In this document: positions 1-8,936 of the stretch, piece after piece
How positions within the stretch are numbered: position 1 is the first letter of the stretch
Layout: each line of letters opens with the position of its first letter
Virus record (IMG/VR): IMGVR_UViG_2930745263_000001
DNA from: an uncultured virus (IMG/VR IMGVR_UViG_2930745263_000001)
Lineage: Duplodnaviria > Heunggongvirae > Uroviricota > Caudoviricetes
Reading direction: 5' to 3' (one strand)
DNA: 64,000 bases
Made by a program: the position numbers and the translations under genes
The notes under the pieces: model-generated
The model's database searches: none
The model's input: the letters and a program-made list of their open reading frames with translations, nothing else
Told to the model about the DNA's origin: nothing

Positions 1-740
1 ACACCCCCGGGCCAGGCCGCCGCCCCGGCCTCACCCAGCAGCAGGTCGCCGACCTGTGCAACGTGTCCCTCGGCGCCTACCGCAATCTTGAATCCGGCAC
101 CACCGCCGCGGACGTCCACCTCCTGCGCCGCGTCGCCACCCTCCTCTGCCTCAACGAACAGGAGTGGATCGCCGTCTGCCGGTACGCCGGGATCGGCGAC
201 CCCCCAGGCCCCCTCACCCCCGCCTCCGGGAAACAGGTCCCCGGCGTGTGGCAGAAAGTCGTCGACGACCAAGGCCACCCCGCCTACGTCACCGACGCCT
301 CCTGGGACCTCATCGCCTACAACAAAGCGTTCGCCCGCCTCTTCCCCGAAGGGCGCATCCCGTGGAACGTCATGCGGTGGATGATGCTCGACCAAGACGG
401 GCGCCGCATGCTCACCGACTGGCACACCGCCTGGGCGCCCCTCGTCCTCCCCCAACTCCAGGCCGCCCTCGCCGCCCGCCCCGACGACGAAACCCTCCAA
501 GGTCTCGAGCGGGACGTTCTCGCCGACCCGGACTGCGCCCCCATCTACAAGGCCGGCGGCGCCTACATTCACCCCGACGGCGACGAACGCCCCATCCTGC
601 ACTCCGTCGACGGGCCCGGCTGGGTCACCATGTGCGCGGCACAGCCACTGACCGCCCCCGGTGCACGCCACATCACCCTGATTTTCCACCCGGGGGAGCA
701 GCGCGCCCACGAGCGGACACCGGTCCTCCGCTCCCGGTAA
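1..740 (+). CDS. MmyB-family XRE transcriptional regulator (HTH plus PAS-like ligand-binding domain), 5'-truncated
   Basis: Frame is open from the window start: GRRPGLTQQQVADLCNVSLGAYRNLESG is an XRE HTH. The following PAYVTDASWDLIAYN...NVMRWM motifs are typical of the MmyB C-terminal domain. Confidence 0.85.
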   Translation, partial: TPGPGRRPGLTQQQVADLCNVSLGAYRNLESGTTAADVHLLRRVATLLCLNEQEWIAVCRYAGIGDPPGPLTPASGKQVPGVWQKVVDDQGHPAYVTDASWDLIAYNKAFARLFPEGRIPWNVMRWMMLDQDGRRMLTDWHTAWAPLVLPQLQAALAARPDDETLQGLERDVLADPDCAPIYKAGGAYIHPDGDERPILHSVDGPGWVTMCAAQPLTAPGARHITLIFHPGEQRAHERTPVLRSR

Positions 741-865
741 AGCTCTGGCCAGCACAAACCGACCACCCATGCTGTTACCGGGACAGGGGGAATCATCCGC
801 CCCCTGTCCCGTAGCGTGTGGCCAGCCCCACCCTGCCGCCGCCCATAAGACCGCCGGAGGATGAC

Positions 866-1918
866 GTGCCCGCTTACATAGCCCGCCCCGTGACCGTGTT
901 CCCCCCGCACAAGGTCACCACCGGCGAGATCATCGACGACATCCGGCACCACCACCCCCACCACCCCCGCCTTCGGGCCCTGCCCCGCATCCTCGCCAAC
1001 ATGGGCGTCCAAACCCGGTACTTCACCCGCCCACTGGACTCCCCGACCGTCGCCGGCACCGCGGGCATCGGAGACCGGGCCGCCACTGCGTTCGGGGACG
1101 CCCTCGACCTTGCCGAGCAGGCCTGCCGACAACTCCTCACCCACCACGACCTGCGGCCCGCGGACATCGACACCATCATCACCACGCACTCCACGGGGTT
1201 CTCCGTCCCCAACTTGGACATCCACCTGATGGAGCGCCTCGGCCTGAACCCCCACACCCGGCGTATCGCGTTGACGACCATGGCGTGCGCCGGCGGCGTC
1301 CAAGCGTTGATCCGGGCCGTCGACATGACCGTGGCCCGGCCCGGCACCCGCACCCTCGTCGTCGCCGCGGAAACCATCAGCGCCGTCTACAACCACGCCG
1401 ACAACCATGTCGAGCACATGATCTACAAGGCCCTGTTCGGGGACTCCGCAGCCGCCACCCTCGTCACCGACCAACCCCACGGCCCCAGCATCCGCATCAA
1501 CAGCCCCCACGACACGTACGAACACGTCCTCCCCGGCAGCCTCCCCCGCTACGCAGGGCGCGCCGACGAAACCGGCTTCCACTTCGACTCCACGAAGGAA
1601 GCCCTCACCGCCGCGGACGACGTCCTGCCTGCCCTCGTCGACTGGCTCGGCCCCCACACCCTCGTCGACTACGCCGTCATCCACCCCGGCAGCCCCCGCA
1701 TCATCACCGACACCGCCCGCGCCCTCGGCCTCGACGACCACGACACCCGCCACAGCACCGACACGTTGGCCGACGAAGGCAACCTCGGCGGCCCCAGCGT
1801 CCTCCGCGTCCTCGAACGCACCCACGACGACCCCCCGCACAACGGCGCCCACGGCGTCCTCGTCGCCTACGGTCCCGGCTTCAACACCGCAGCCATCCGC
1901 GGCACCTGGCAAACCTGA
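866..1918 (+). CDS. Type III polyketide synthase (germicidin synthase/RppA-like)
   Basis: Cys-His-Asn triad contexts TMACAGG, HPGSPRII and EGNLGGPSV, plus ALFGDSAAA and AYGPGF. GGAGG RBS precedes GTG at 866. Confidence 0.92.
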   Translation: MPAYIARPVTVFPPHKVTTGEIIDDIRHHHPHHPRLRALPRILANMGVQTRYFTRPLDSPTVAGTAGIGDRAATAFGDALDLAEQACRQLLTHHDLRPADIDTIITTHSTGFSVPNLDIHLMERLGLNPHTRRIALTTMACAGGVQALIRAVDMTVARPGTRTLVVAAETISAVYNHADNHVEHMIYKALFGDSAAATLVTDQPHGPSIRINSPHDTYEHVLPGSLPRYAGRADETGFHFDSTKEALTAADDVLPALVDWLGPHTLVDYAVIHPGSPRIITDTARALGLDDHDTRHSTDTLADEGNLGGPSVLRVLERTHDDPPHNGAHGVLVAYGPGFNTAAIRGTWQT

Positions 1919-2035
1919 GCCCGCGACCAACACACCTCCACCCCGCGTTGTCAGTCCCCCATGCCACGCTGCACCCACGGCACCCGCACCCGTGCGCAGC
2001 CGCCCCAGCAAACCGACAACGCAAGGACCCTTCCC

Positions 2036-2302
2036 ATGGCTCTGAACTGGCGCACCGCCACCACCCTCGAACTCCACGACAACCTGATCCCCGACCCGAA
2101 CGCCGGCCACAACCTCCTCGGCCGTCTCCGGAACGTCCGCGTCGCCGTCGAGGGCAGCTTCCTCCACATCGACCCCAGACAACCCCAGGACGCGGAGACC
2201 AGCGGAAACCAGGAGTTCGACGTGCACATCGTGCCCGCCACCGTGGTGAAGACCGTCACCTACCGGGAGATCAAGCGCCGCGGGACCCTCGTCGGCTTCT
2301 AG
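2036..2302 (+). CDS. Small hypothetical protein downstream of the PKS
   Basis: AAGGA RBS, ATG at 2036, GC3-rich codons. Confidence 0.6.
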   Translation: MALNWRTATTLELHDNLIPDPNAGHNLLGRLRNVRVAVEGSFLHIDPRQPQDAETSGNQEFDVHIVPATVVKTVTYREIKRRGTLVGF

Positions 2303-2382
2303 CTGACCTCCCACGCACGACTACGCCCCCGCCCGGCAGTAAAGCCGAACGGGGGCGCAGCTGTGTGTACGTCCGAACCGCC

Positions 2383-2724
2383 CTACGACGTCAGCCCGGT
2401 GTCCGGCCGGCAGATCTCACACGGCTCGATGTCCGGCTCCGCCAACGCGATCATCGCTTCCTCACGATTGATGAACCCACCATCCATGGCGTACAGGGTG
2501 CAGTCCCCGCGGTGCAGCAACGCCGTCGCGTTAGACCGCTGCGGCTGAATCTTCCACCGCAACGCCGCGTGCGCAGCCTCCCGCCGCGCCCGCTCCTGCG
2601 CCTCCTGAACCTCCAGCTCCCGGATACGGCGCTCCGTCGCCCCGACCTGCCAACGCAACCAGTCGAGGAGGATCCGGTTCTTCTCAAGGTCGGTCGGCTC
2701 ACGCCCAGCACTGTCCCCGTCCAC
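2383..2724 (-). CDS. DUF6233-like Zn-binding protein
   Basis: LHRGDC...DIEPCEICRPDTGL motif; GTG start next to the upstream stop. Confidence 0.7.
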   Translation of the reverse strand: MDGDSAGREPTDLEKNRILLDWLRWQVGATERRIRELEVQEAQERARREAAHAALRWKIQPQRSNATALLHRGDCTLYAMDGGFINREEAMIALAEPDIEPCEICRPDTGLTS

Positions 2725-2726
2725 GG

Positions 2727-3074
2727 CTACACCTCGGTGTCGGCCGGCTCGTGGGCGTGCTTCAACGCGGTGCGTGCCTGCACCCGGTCCGGGCCGTCGA
2801 GCGTCGCCCAGTACGGGTGTGTGACGACGATGGTCGTGAGCTCCAGGATCCTGGCCCGGAGCTGCGCAAGGTGCTGTACCTGTTCCGGGGTGTACCCGGG
2901 GCTGGCGTCCTTGTGCGGCCGGTAGTCGCTGTGGAGCTGCTTCGGGGCCTCCCACCCGGGCATCGGCTCCGCGGACCACGGCAGGGTCCGGGCGAAGGCG
3001 TCACGCTCGGCCTGCACCTGGGTGAGGGCGGCCTGGGCGTCGAGGAGGTCCTGGGGGAAGGTGTAGGCGGGCAC
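2727..3074 (-). CDS. Hypothetical protein, probably leaderless
   Basis: TAGCAT -10-like box 6 nt before the GTG; coding-like composition. Confidence 0.65.
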   Translation of the reverse strand: MPAYTFPQDLLDAQAALTQVQAERDAFARTLPWSAEPMPGWEAPKQLHSDYRPHKDASPGYTPEQVQHLAQLRARILELTTIVVTHPYWATLDGPDRVQARTALKHAHEPADTEV

Positions 3075-3232
3075 ACGCCGATGCTACGTCTGTTCGAATC
3101 TTGTACGCGAACGCCACACCACGCCACCCACCAGAGTCACCCACCCGGCAAACCCTCCGCACCCCCACCAACCCCTGCCAAACTAGGCACGGTCCCACCG
3201 ACCCCAAACGCCAGACCACACAGGAGGTCACC

Positions 3233-3508
3233 ATGACGTGCGGAAACTGCGGTGCGGCAGCAACACAAAGCTCCAACGGATCCTGGATCTGCACCAACCA
3301 GTGCGGCTGGTCCTCCCACGCCCCAGCCCCCGCCATAGAGCCAGAGATCACCACAACCCGATGCCGCGGCTGTGACGCCGAAGTCCACGGCCTCGACGGC
3401 AGGTACGCATGCGGGCTGTGTGGCTGGTCCAACCACTGGGCGGAAGGCCACCGGCAACTCCCCACTCCGCCGCCGGCCCCGCACATCCCGGGTGTCCTGT
3501 ACGAGTGA
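3233..3508 (+). CDS. Small double Zn-ribbon protein
   Basis: AGGAGG RBS; CGNC/CTNQC and CRGC/CGLC pairs. Confidence 0.65.
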   Translation: MTCGNCGAAATQSSNGSWICTNQCGWSSHAPAPAIEPEITTTRCRGCDAEVHGLDGRYACGLCGWSNHWAEGHRQLPTPPPAPHIPGVLYE

Positions 3509-3595
3509 ACACACGAAAGTGGCCCGCCGTCCCCTCCCAGGAACAGCGGGCCACACCTCATGCGTACTGAAACACGACGATACACACCCATGCGG

Positions 3596-4255
3596 TCACC
3601 TGTACGGCGAAAGCACCGCTTTCACCCTCGCGTCCAGGGCCTGCGCACGGTGTCGGTTCGGGAGGGTCTGCACCGCCTCCCGCAGCCGTCGCACGACCTC
3701 GCCGGCGCCCAGCACCCACACCGTGCCGCCCAGCACCGGGGCCTCGAGCCCGCCAGGGGCCACAGGGGACCCGTGGACGACGATCAGCGGCACGACGGCC
3801 ACGCCCGGCAGGTTGAGGGCGGCCTCGACGAGCCGTGCGTACCGGGCGACGGCCTCGACCTGGTCGTGCCGGTCATCCCCGCGGCCGCGCCGTGGGTCCC
3901 CGCAGTGCACCCGCCCGTCGACCAGCACCGTGGGCTGGCCGCGGTGCCAGCTCTTCGTGTCCGCGACGACAACCGCAGTCCCACACGGAGAAACGAGCAC
4001 ATGGTCGACGTTGAAACGGCGGCCGCGCAGCTGCAGGTCGTGCCGGACGTGCCAGCCGGCCCGGGACAACGGGGCGAGCAGACGGGCTGTGGCCGCCTCC
4101 CCCGCGGCCCCACGCTTCCACCGGTCCGCCACCGCGTCCGCACGCCGCATCCCCGGGGTGCGGACCCCGCACAGCCACAGCACACGCCGCCACCCACGAC
4201 GAGACCGACCGCGGATCGCCCGCGCCTCCCTCGACGCGGAGTTCCGCCGGATCAC
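3596..4255 (-). CDS. NERD (nuclease-related domain) protein
   Basis: GAAGEAAT...WHVRHDL...NVDHVLVSPCGTAVVVADTKSW; GTGA overlap with the upstream gene. Confidence 0.8.
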   Translation of the reverse strand: MIRRNSASREARAIRGRSRRGWRRVLWLCGVRTPGMRRADAVADRWKRGAAGEAATARLLAPLSRAGWHVRHDLQLRGRRFNVDHVLVSPCGTAVVVADTKSWHRGQPTVLVDGRVHCGDPRRGRGDDRHDQVEAVARYARLVEAALNLPGVAVVPLIVVHGSPVAPGGLEAPVLGGTVWVLGAGEVVRRLREAVQTLPNRHRAQALDARVKAVLSPYR

Positions 4256-4653
4256 CGGCCAGCCTCCCGCCACCAGCGCAGCCCATCCAGACCTGGACGG
4301 TTCGGTTCCCCGTCCACAACGGCCAGGTACCGGTCGTACTGGTCCACGCACTGCGCCGCGTACTCCCGCTCCTCGGTTGTCATGCACTTCGTCAGCCACG
4401 TCCACTTGCCGTGTAGCCACACCGAGTGCCACGCGGAGTTCTCGGCCGTATCGAGCAGCGGAGGCTCGGCCTGCTGCTGCTCCCACCGGTGGAGGGCGTT
4501 CACTGCGGCATCGGCGTGAGCCAGCCACACGGACCGCAGGTGCTCCCACTCGGTGCCCTGCTTTCGGAATGCCAGCGAGCCGGCCTCCTTCGCCATCGCC
4601 TCGGCGAGGTGCTGACGCAGGCCCTCGGCAGGCTGCGGGACGGTCTCGGTCAT
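4252..4653 (-). CDS. Hypothetical phage protein
   Basis: GAAGGAG RBS; ATGA coupling. Confidence 0.65.
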   Translation of the reverse strand: MTETVPQPAEGLRQHLAEAMAKEAGSLAFRKQGTEWEHLRSVWLAHADAAVNALHRWEQQQAEPPLLDTAENSAWHSVWLHGKWTWLTKCMTTEEREYAAQCVDQYDRYLAVVDGEPNRPGLDGLRWWREAGR

Positions 4654-4862
4654 GCTGCGTTCTCCTTCGGGTTCCAGGTGTCGGGGCCGGGGATGATGAC
4701 CACCCGGCGGCCGCGGTGGTGCTTCGGCCAGTACGCGGCCGGGTTGTACGAGGCAGGCTTCCGGGACCCGGGGCACTCAGGCCGGCCGTGGGCCCAGAGG
4801 CGCCCGGTGGGGGTGATGGCGGTGCGGCGGTTACAGAACCGGCACGCCCGGCGGACGGTCAC
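4650..4862 (-). CDS. Small Cys/His protein
   Basis: CRFC...H...C motif; 4-bp overlaps on both sides. Confidence 0.55.
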   Translation of the reverse strand: MTVRRACRFCNRRTAITPTGRLWAHGRPECPGSRKPASYNPAAYWPKHHRGRRVVIIPGPDTWNPKENAA

Positions 4863-5098
4863 CGGTCGCCTCCCAGGTCACGGTCGGACGACCGGAGGAG
4901 CGCCCGATCCTCCAGCCGCCTCCGGACGACACGCCCCATCGGGGCCGCCACAACCGCACTGAACAGTCCCGAGACCATGGCGGCGGCGAGCGCCAGCCAG
5001 AACGGCATGTGCACGGTGTTGATGAGCAGCCCGTACGGGATGGAGCTGGCTATGAGGAGCATCAGGAACGCGATGGTGTCGCCGTGCTTGTAGAACAT
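4859..5098 (-). CDS. Small two-TM membrane protein
   Basis: GGAGG RBS before ATG 5098; two hydrophobic segments. Confidence 0.6.
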   Translation of the reverse strand: MFYKHGDTIAFLMLLIASSIPYGLLINTVHMPFWLALAAAMVSGLFSAVVAAPMGRVVRRRLEDRALLRSSDRDLGGDR

Positions 5099-5135
5099 GG
5101 GGTGCCTCCAAGGCGTGATGTGACGGTGGGGGTGG

Positions 5136-5900
5136 TCAGGCATGGGGCTCGTTCAGGTCGCCGCCACCGAGGACGAGACGGAGGCGGGCTTTCTGCGGGA
5201 TCGGGTCCTGACCGGGCACCGGCCAGTCATCGGCGCGCAGCCCGTAAGGCTCCGGCGGCTCCCACGACTGGGTCGTCGCCCACCGGTACATCCACACCCA
5301 GTCCGATTCGAAGTACGACGGCAACAGGCCCCCGCTGTTCGGGACCGGTGGCGGTGCGGCCGCGTTCTGCTCGGCTACCTGGCTGGCGACCCGCTGGAGG
5401 TGGTCTCGGTGCCGGGCACAGAAGAAATGGTTGGTGTGCCACCCCGTAATCGGGTCCTTCTCCACGACCTTGTCGTGCGTCTTCTCGCCGCAGACCTTCA
5501 TCTGGTTGCGGAAGTCGTCCGGCCCGTCAGGGTGCATGCGCACGCGGGGGCCTCGGCAACGCTGGTTGAGGCGGTCGCTGCCCCACCGCTGCTCGGGGGG
5601 CAGGTAGCAGGGAAGGTCGTGTCGGACCCGGCTGCGGAGCCCGTTCCAGTCGGTGACGGACGGTCCGATGGCGTTGCAGATGGCGCGCCACACGTTCGTG
5701 TCCTCATCCAAGGGGGCCATGGTGATGGCGTAGGCAGCAGCGAGGAGGAGCTGCCGTGTCTGGGTATCTGCGCGGTCGTCTTGGTAGACGCGGTGGGCGA
5801 TCTGGGCGAACTCTCCGCCGTTTCCGCCTCCGGTGCGCTTGGGTCGGCGCTTCTTGACGGGCAGTTGGTGGGCGTGGGCGAGGTGGAGCGCTGCTCCCAT
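5136..5900 (-). CDS. Hypothetical protein
   Basis: AGGAG RBS; 254-aa ORF with scattered Cys/His. Confidence 0.7.
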   Translation of the reverse strand: MGAALHLAHAHQLPVKKRRPKRTGGGNGGEFAQIAHRVYQDDRADTQTRQLLLAAAYAITMAPLDEDTNVWRAICNAIGPSVTDWNGLRSRVRHDLPCYLPPEQRWGSDRLNQRCRGPRVRMHPDGPDDFRNQMKVCGEKTHDKVVEKDPITGWHTNHFFCARHRDHLQRVASQVAEQNAAAPPPVPNSGGLLPSYFESDWVWMYRWATTQSWEPPEPYGLRADDWPVPGQDPIPQKARLRLVLGGGDLNEPHA

Positions 5901-5973
5901 GACGTTCTCCTACGTGATGTGACGGTGGGTAGTTACCGGCCCATGGGGAGGGGAGACCTTCGGGCCGTTTTCG

Positions 5974-6366
5974 CTACGCTGCGTTGCTTACAGCGGCTTT
6001 CCGGACGGCCTTCTTCTCCTGCCGGTACACCCGCTCCCCGTCCCAGCAGGCATCGCACGGCTCCTCACCCCTGCGAACGTGGGCAGCGAACCCTGCGTGA
6101 TCCCCGTGGCGTCGCGGCCGGCCGTCCAACAGCCCGGCCTGACAGGCCAGCAGCACTGCGTGCGTGATGTTGCGGGCGCCGAGCTTCCGGTTCAGGCGGA
6201 GTGCCATCTTGCTGACGGACTTCTCGACGTACCCGAGGTCCCGGGCTATGAGGGAGTACGTGTCGCCCTGTGCGGCCCGTTGGAGGACTGCGAGTTCGCT
6301 CTCGGTCAGAGAGACCGCGGGCCCGCCGCCCGAAGGCGACGGGCCCACCCGGAGAGGGGCGGTCAC
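5974..6366 (-). CDS. LuxR-type HTH regulator with C-terminal Cys/His motif
   Basis: LTESELAVLQRAAQGDTYSLIARDLGYVEKSV...RKLGARNITHAV...GLL; C-terminal H...H...CDAC. Confidence 0.75.
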   Translation of the reverse strand: MTAPLRVGPSPSGGGPAVSLTESELAVLQRAAQGDTYSLIARDLGYVEKSVSKMALRLNRKLGARNITHAVLLACQAGLLDGRPRRHGDHAGFAAHVRRGEEPCDACWDGERVYRQEKKAVRKAAVSNAA

Positions 6367-6932
6367 AGGGCGGCCCCCTGCACAACAGGCGGGAAGACCT
6401 TCGGGTGCTGCGCCTTCCAGTCCAGCCAGTGCTTCATTGGCTCGTCGCCGATCGTGTGGACCAGGTCCATGGCCTTGTCCAGGGGCAGCGGCCCGGGGTG
6501 CTTGGCGTACTCGTGCTCGGTGCCGCGCGAGTTGGGCGGCGACGGCACGAACGTCGGCCCGTATTGCCACGAGACGCGTCCATAGCCCCAGTCGTCAACG
6601 CCGTACTTGATGAACACGGTCGTGTTCCATCCGCTGTCGATGTCCAGTGGGCGCTGGTCCATCTTCCGGGCGTACCCCTCGTTGCCGAACCAGTAGTGCC
6701 GGTGCTCTTGCAGGTAGGAGGCGAGCATCTGCGCTTCGGCATCGGTGGGGCGCTCGGTACTGGCGAACGGCCAGGGCGGGTCGAAGGTGTTCCCGGTGTC
6801 TGCGCTGGTCCCAAGGTAGGCGGCCACGTAGCACCAGCTGGGCTTGAAGCTGGTGACGACGGGGATGCGGAGTTCGGTGAGGGGGTCGTCCTGCTTGGCG
6901 TCTGTGCCAAACGGCCAGTCCTTGGAGGTCAT
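6363..6932 (-). CDS. Hypothetical protein
   Basis: AGGAGG RBS; aromatic-rich 189-aa ORF. Confidence 0.7.
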   Translation of the reverse strand: MTSKDWPFGTDAKQDDPLTELRIPVVTSFKPSWCYVAAYLGTSADTGNTFDPPWPFASTERPTDAEAQMLASYLQEHRHYWFGNEGYARKMDQRPLDIDSGWNTTVFIKYGVDDWGYGRVSWQYGPTFVPSPPNSRGTEHEYAKHPGPLPLDKAMDLVHTIGDEPMKHWLDWKAQHPKVFPPVVQGAAL

Positions 6933-6935
6933 GGC

Positions 6936-7616
6936 TCACACCTCCTTCGTGGCGAGCGGGTTGACCTCGGGGTGCGTGTACCGGATCGGCAGGCCCAGCG
7001 ACGCCGCGTACCGGATCTCCGCACGGGTCGAGTCGCCGATGTAGTCCCCCACCACCAGGACCTCGTCCGCCAACCGGATCTTCGCCCGGTGCAGGGCGTC
7101 CAGGCGGGCCTTGAGCGGCTCGGCCTGCTCCTCCGTCGCCCACAGGGCGTGGGGCTCCTTCATGTTCACGCCGGGGGCAAGAACGATGCGGCCGGCCGCG
7201 GTCTCCCGCAGGTTCGCTTCCCGCATGTCGGCCATGAACCGGGTGGACCCGCAGATCACGACCGTGCGGAACTCCCTCGTGGCACCCTGGCGGGAGTCCT
7301 CGGCGTCGATCCATGCCTGTGCGTCGAACCCCATGTGCTCTGCGACCTCGACGGGGTTGTCAGCCATCTCCGGCATCTCCCCTTCCTCGGACAGCAGCTC
7401 GGCGAATGCGGCAACACCCTCCGGGTCGACCTCGGCAAGACGTTGCAGGAGGCGGTGGGCGTACCAGGCGGCCGCGGTGCCGCTGGCCAACTCCCACATG
7501 CGGGATGCGCTCCTGGCCTTCCCGGTGCGCATGGACAGGCGGATATGGGTGTTGAGGGCGAACTCGTGGATGTCGCGGGCCGAGTCGGTGACGGTCTCGG
7601 GGGCGGTGTCGGGCAT
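6936..7616 (-). CDS. Protein with C-terminal DUF4406/nucleoside-deoxyribosyltransferase-like fold
   Basis: VVICGSTRF...LHRAKIRLADEVLVVGDYIGDSTRAEIRYA; AAGGAG RBS. Confidence 0.6.
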   Translation of the reverse strand: MPDTAPETVTDSARDIHEFALNTHIRLSMRTGKARSASRMWELASGTAAAWYAHRLLQRLAEVDPEGVAAFAELLSEEGEMPEMADNPVEVAEHMGFDAQAWIDAEDSRQGATREFRTVVICGSTRFMADMREANLRETAAGRIVLAPGVNMKEPHALWATEEQAEPLKARLDALHRAKIRLADEVLVVGDYIGDSTRAEIRYAASLGLPIRYTHPEVNPLATKEV

Positions 7617-7618
7617 GG

Positions 7619-8107
7619 TCAGTTCTCCTTGGTGAGGGTGTGGTGGGTCGCGGTGAGGCGTCGGGGGAGCCGGCCGGACGGTGACGTGGCGGTAGGCGGG
7701 CCGGGCTTCGGAGCCGGGCGGGACACGCCCACAGGAGGCGCAGGGCGAGGCGTCGGCGTGTCCGGGTGCCAGACCTCCACCCACACCCCGTCGAGCCGCC
7801 ACACGCACGCCGTACGCCCCGAAACAGTGCAGTCCAGGGACGGCATCCGGTCCCCGCCCTGCATGTCCCCGAAGCTGGCAACGGTCGTCGACTGGCGCTT
7901 CTCGAAGTCGAGGAGCGCACCTGCGGGGTCGGGGCCGAGGATCCGGGCCGACAGGTACAGGTCCCCGGACTCGAGGCGGGTCACGGACCAGCCGCCCAAA
8001 GGGTTGGTCTTCGGGTTCGGGCGGCGGTCCTGGGCGTTCTTCCAGTCCTTCAACGCCCGGTACTTGGCGGTGAGGGCGTCGGGGCGCAGGGCGAGTGCTG
8101 TGGTCAC
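7619..8107 (-). CDS. Hypothetical protein
   Basis: GAAGGA RBS with GTG start; part of a coupled operon. Confidence 0.55.
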   Translation of the reverse strand: MTTALALRPDALTAKYRALKDWKNAQDRRPNPKTNPLGGWSVTRLESGDLYLSARILGPDPAGALLDFEKRQSTTVASFGDMQGGDRMPSLDCTVSGRTACVWRLDGVWVEVWHPDTPTPRPAPPVGVSRPAPKPGPPTATSPSGRLPRRLTATHHTLTKEN

Positions 8108-8253
8108 GGGGTGTCCTTCCGGGTGGTGCGGATGAGGGTCCAGGCGGCCCGGCGCCCGGAGGCGGTGAACCGGGCCTGGGCGTACAAGCGGGCACGGCGC
8201 TCGACGAGCAACGCACGGACCGCGGCCCGCTGCTCCGCGGTCAGGGCGGTCAC
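8104..8253 (-). CDS. Small hypothetical protein (49 aa, not in the ORF track)
   Basis: VTALTAEQRAAVRALLVERRARL..., GTGA overlaps at both ends. Confidence 0.45.
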   Translation of the reverse strand: MTALTAEQRAAVRALLVERRARLYAQARFTASGRRAAWTLIRTTRKDTP

Positions 8254-8429
8254 GCGGCATCACGCCTGCTGTGACTCTTCGGGTCGTCGACCCACGTCCA
8301 GCCGCTGATGGCTTCCTCCAGGACGAGCCGGTGGGCGAGCTGCTCGGCCGGCGTCCACGGGGAGTGGTCCGCTTCGCCGTACGTGCCGTCGGGGATGCCT
8401 TCGTTGATGAGGCGCTGCAAGGGGCTCAT
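8250..8429 (-). CDS. Small hypothetical protein (59 aa, not in the ORF track)
   Basis: MSPLQRLINEGIPDGTYG..., GGAG RBS, coupled to the next gene. Confidence 0.45.
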   Translation of the reverse strand: MSPLQRLINEGIPDGTYGEADHSPWTPAEQLAHRLVLEEAISGWTWVDDPKSHSRRDAA

Positions 8430-8573
8430 GGCGGGCTCCAGAGGTCTCAGGTCTGGGTGGGGGCCACCGGCCCGCGCTCACCGTGGTGTGGGCGTCGGGC
8501 CGGTGGCTCATCGGCCGGTGGGGGTGCCGGCCGGGTTCGCCGCAACCCCGGGGGCGGGTGCGGCAGCTGGGGG

Positions 8574-8762
8574 TCAGGCGGTGCGGACGGTGTACTGGCG
8601 GCGGGTGTACGTCCACCCGAACTCGGCCCAGTAGTCGGCGTCCTGTGTGGCGACTTCGGTGAGGAGGTTCGCGGTGACGGCTTCGACCTGGTCGTCGGGG
8701 ACGGTGCGCGTGGCACCGGGGACGGTGTAGCCGTGGGGGTCGATGAGGCGCAGCTCGGGCAT
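8574..8762 (-). CDS. Small hypothetical protein
   Basis: AAAGGGG RBS; first gene after the duplicated promoter. Confidence 0.6.
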   Translation of the reverse strand: MPELRLIDPHGYTVPGATRTVPDDQVEAVTANLLTEVATQDADYWAEFGWTYTRRQYTVRTA

Positions 8763-8779
8763 GTGGTGCCCCTTTCGGG

Positions 8780-8865
8780 TACTCCGGCCCACGTGGTGTG
8801 GGTCGTTGTCGGCACGACCACAGTACCCGTTAACGTATGGCGTAAGCAAGACGTGTTGCGGTATT
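8780..8865 (-). promoter_or_regulatory. Duplicated promoter/leader, copy 1 (TTGCTT-N18-TACTGT)
   Basis: Near-identical to 14881-14968; housekeeping sigma-like -35/-10 spacing. Confidence 0.7.
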
Positions 8866-8884
8866 AGGTAACTCCGGGCAGCAC

Positions 8885-8918
8885 AAAGGGCCCGACCCCA
8901 CCCAGGACCGGGCCCCTC
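8885..8918 (-). terminator. Intrinsic terminator after ssb
   Basis: AGGGCCCG...CGGGCCCT hairpin followed by a short U tract on the minus strand. Confidence 0.55.
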
Positions 8919-8936
8919 GTGTGCGCTGCTCCTACA

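Noticed and set aside
569..2314. Long antisense and alternative-frame ORFs here and throughout (e.g. 28904-31228 +, 57623-59497 +)
   Set aside because: These are shadow ORFs of high-GC genes, Arg/Pro/Gly-rich with no motifs, and they overlap better-supported CDSs.
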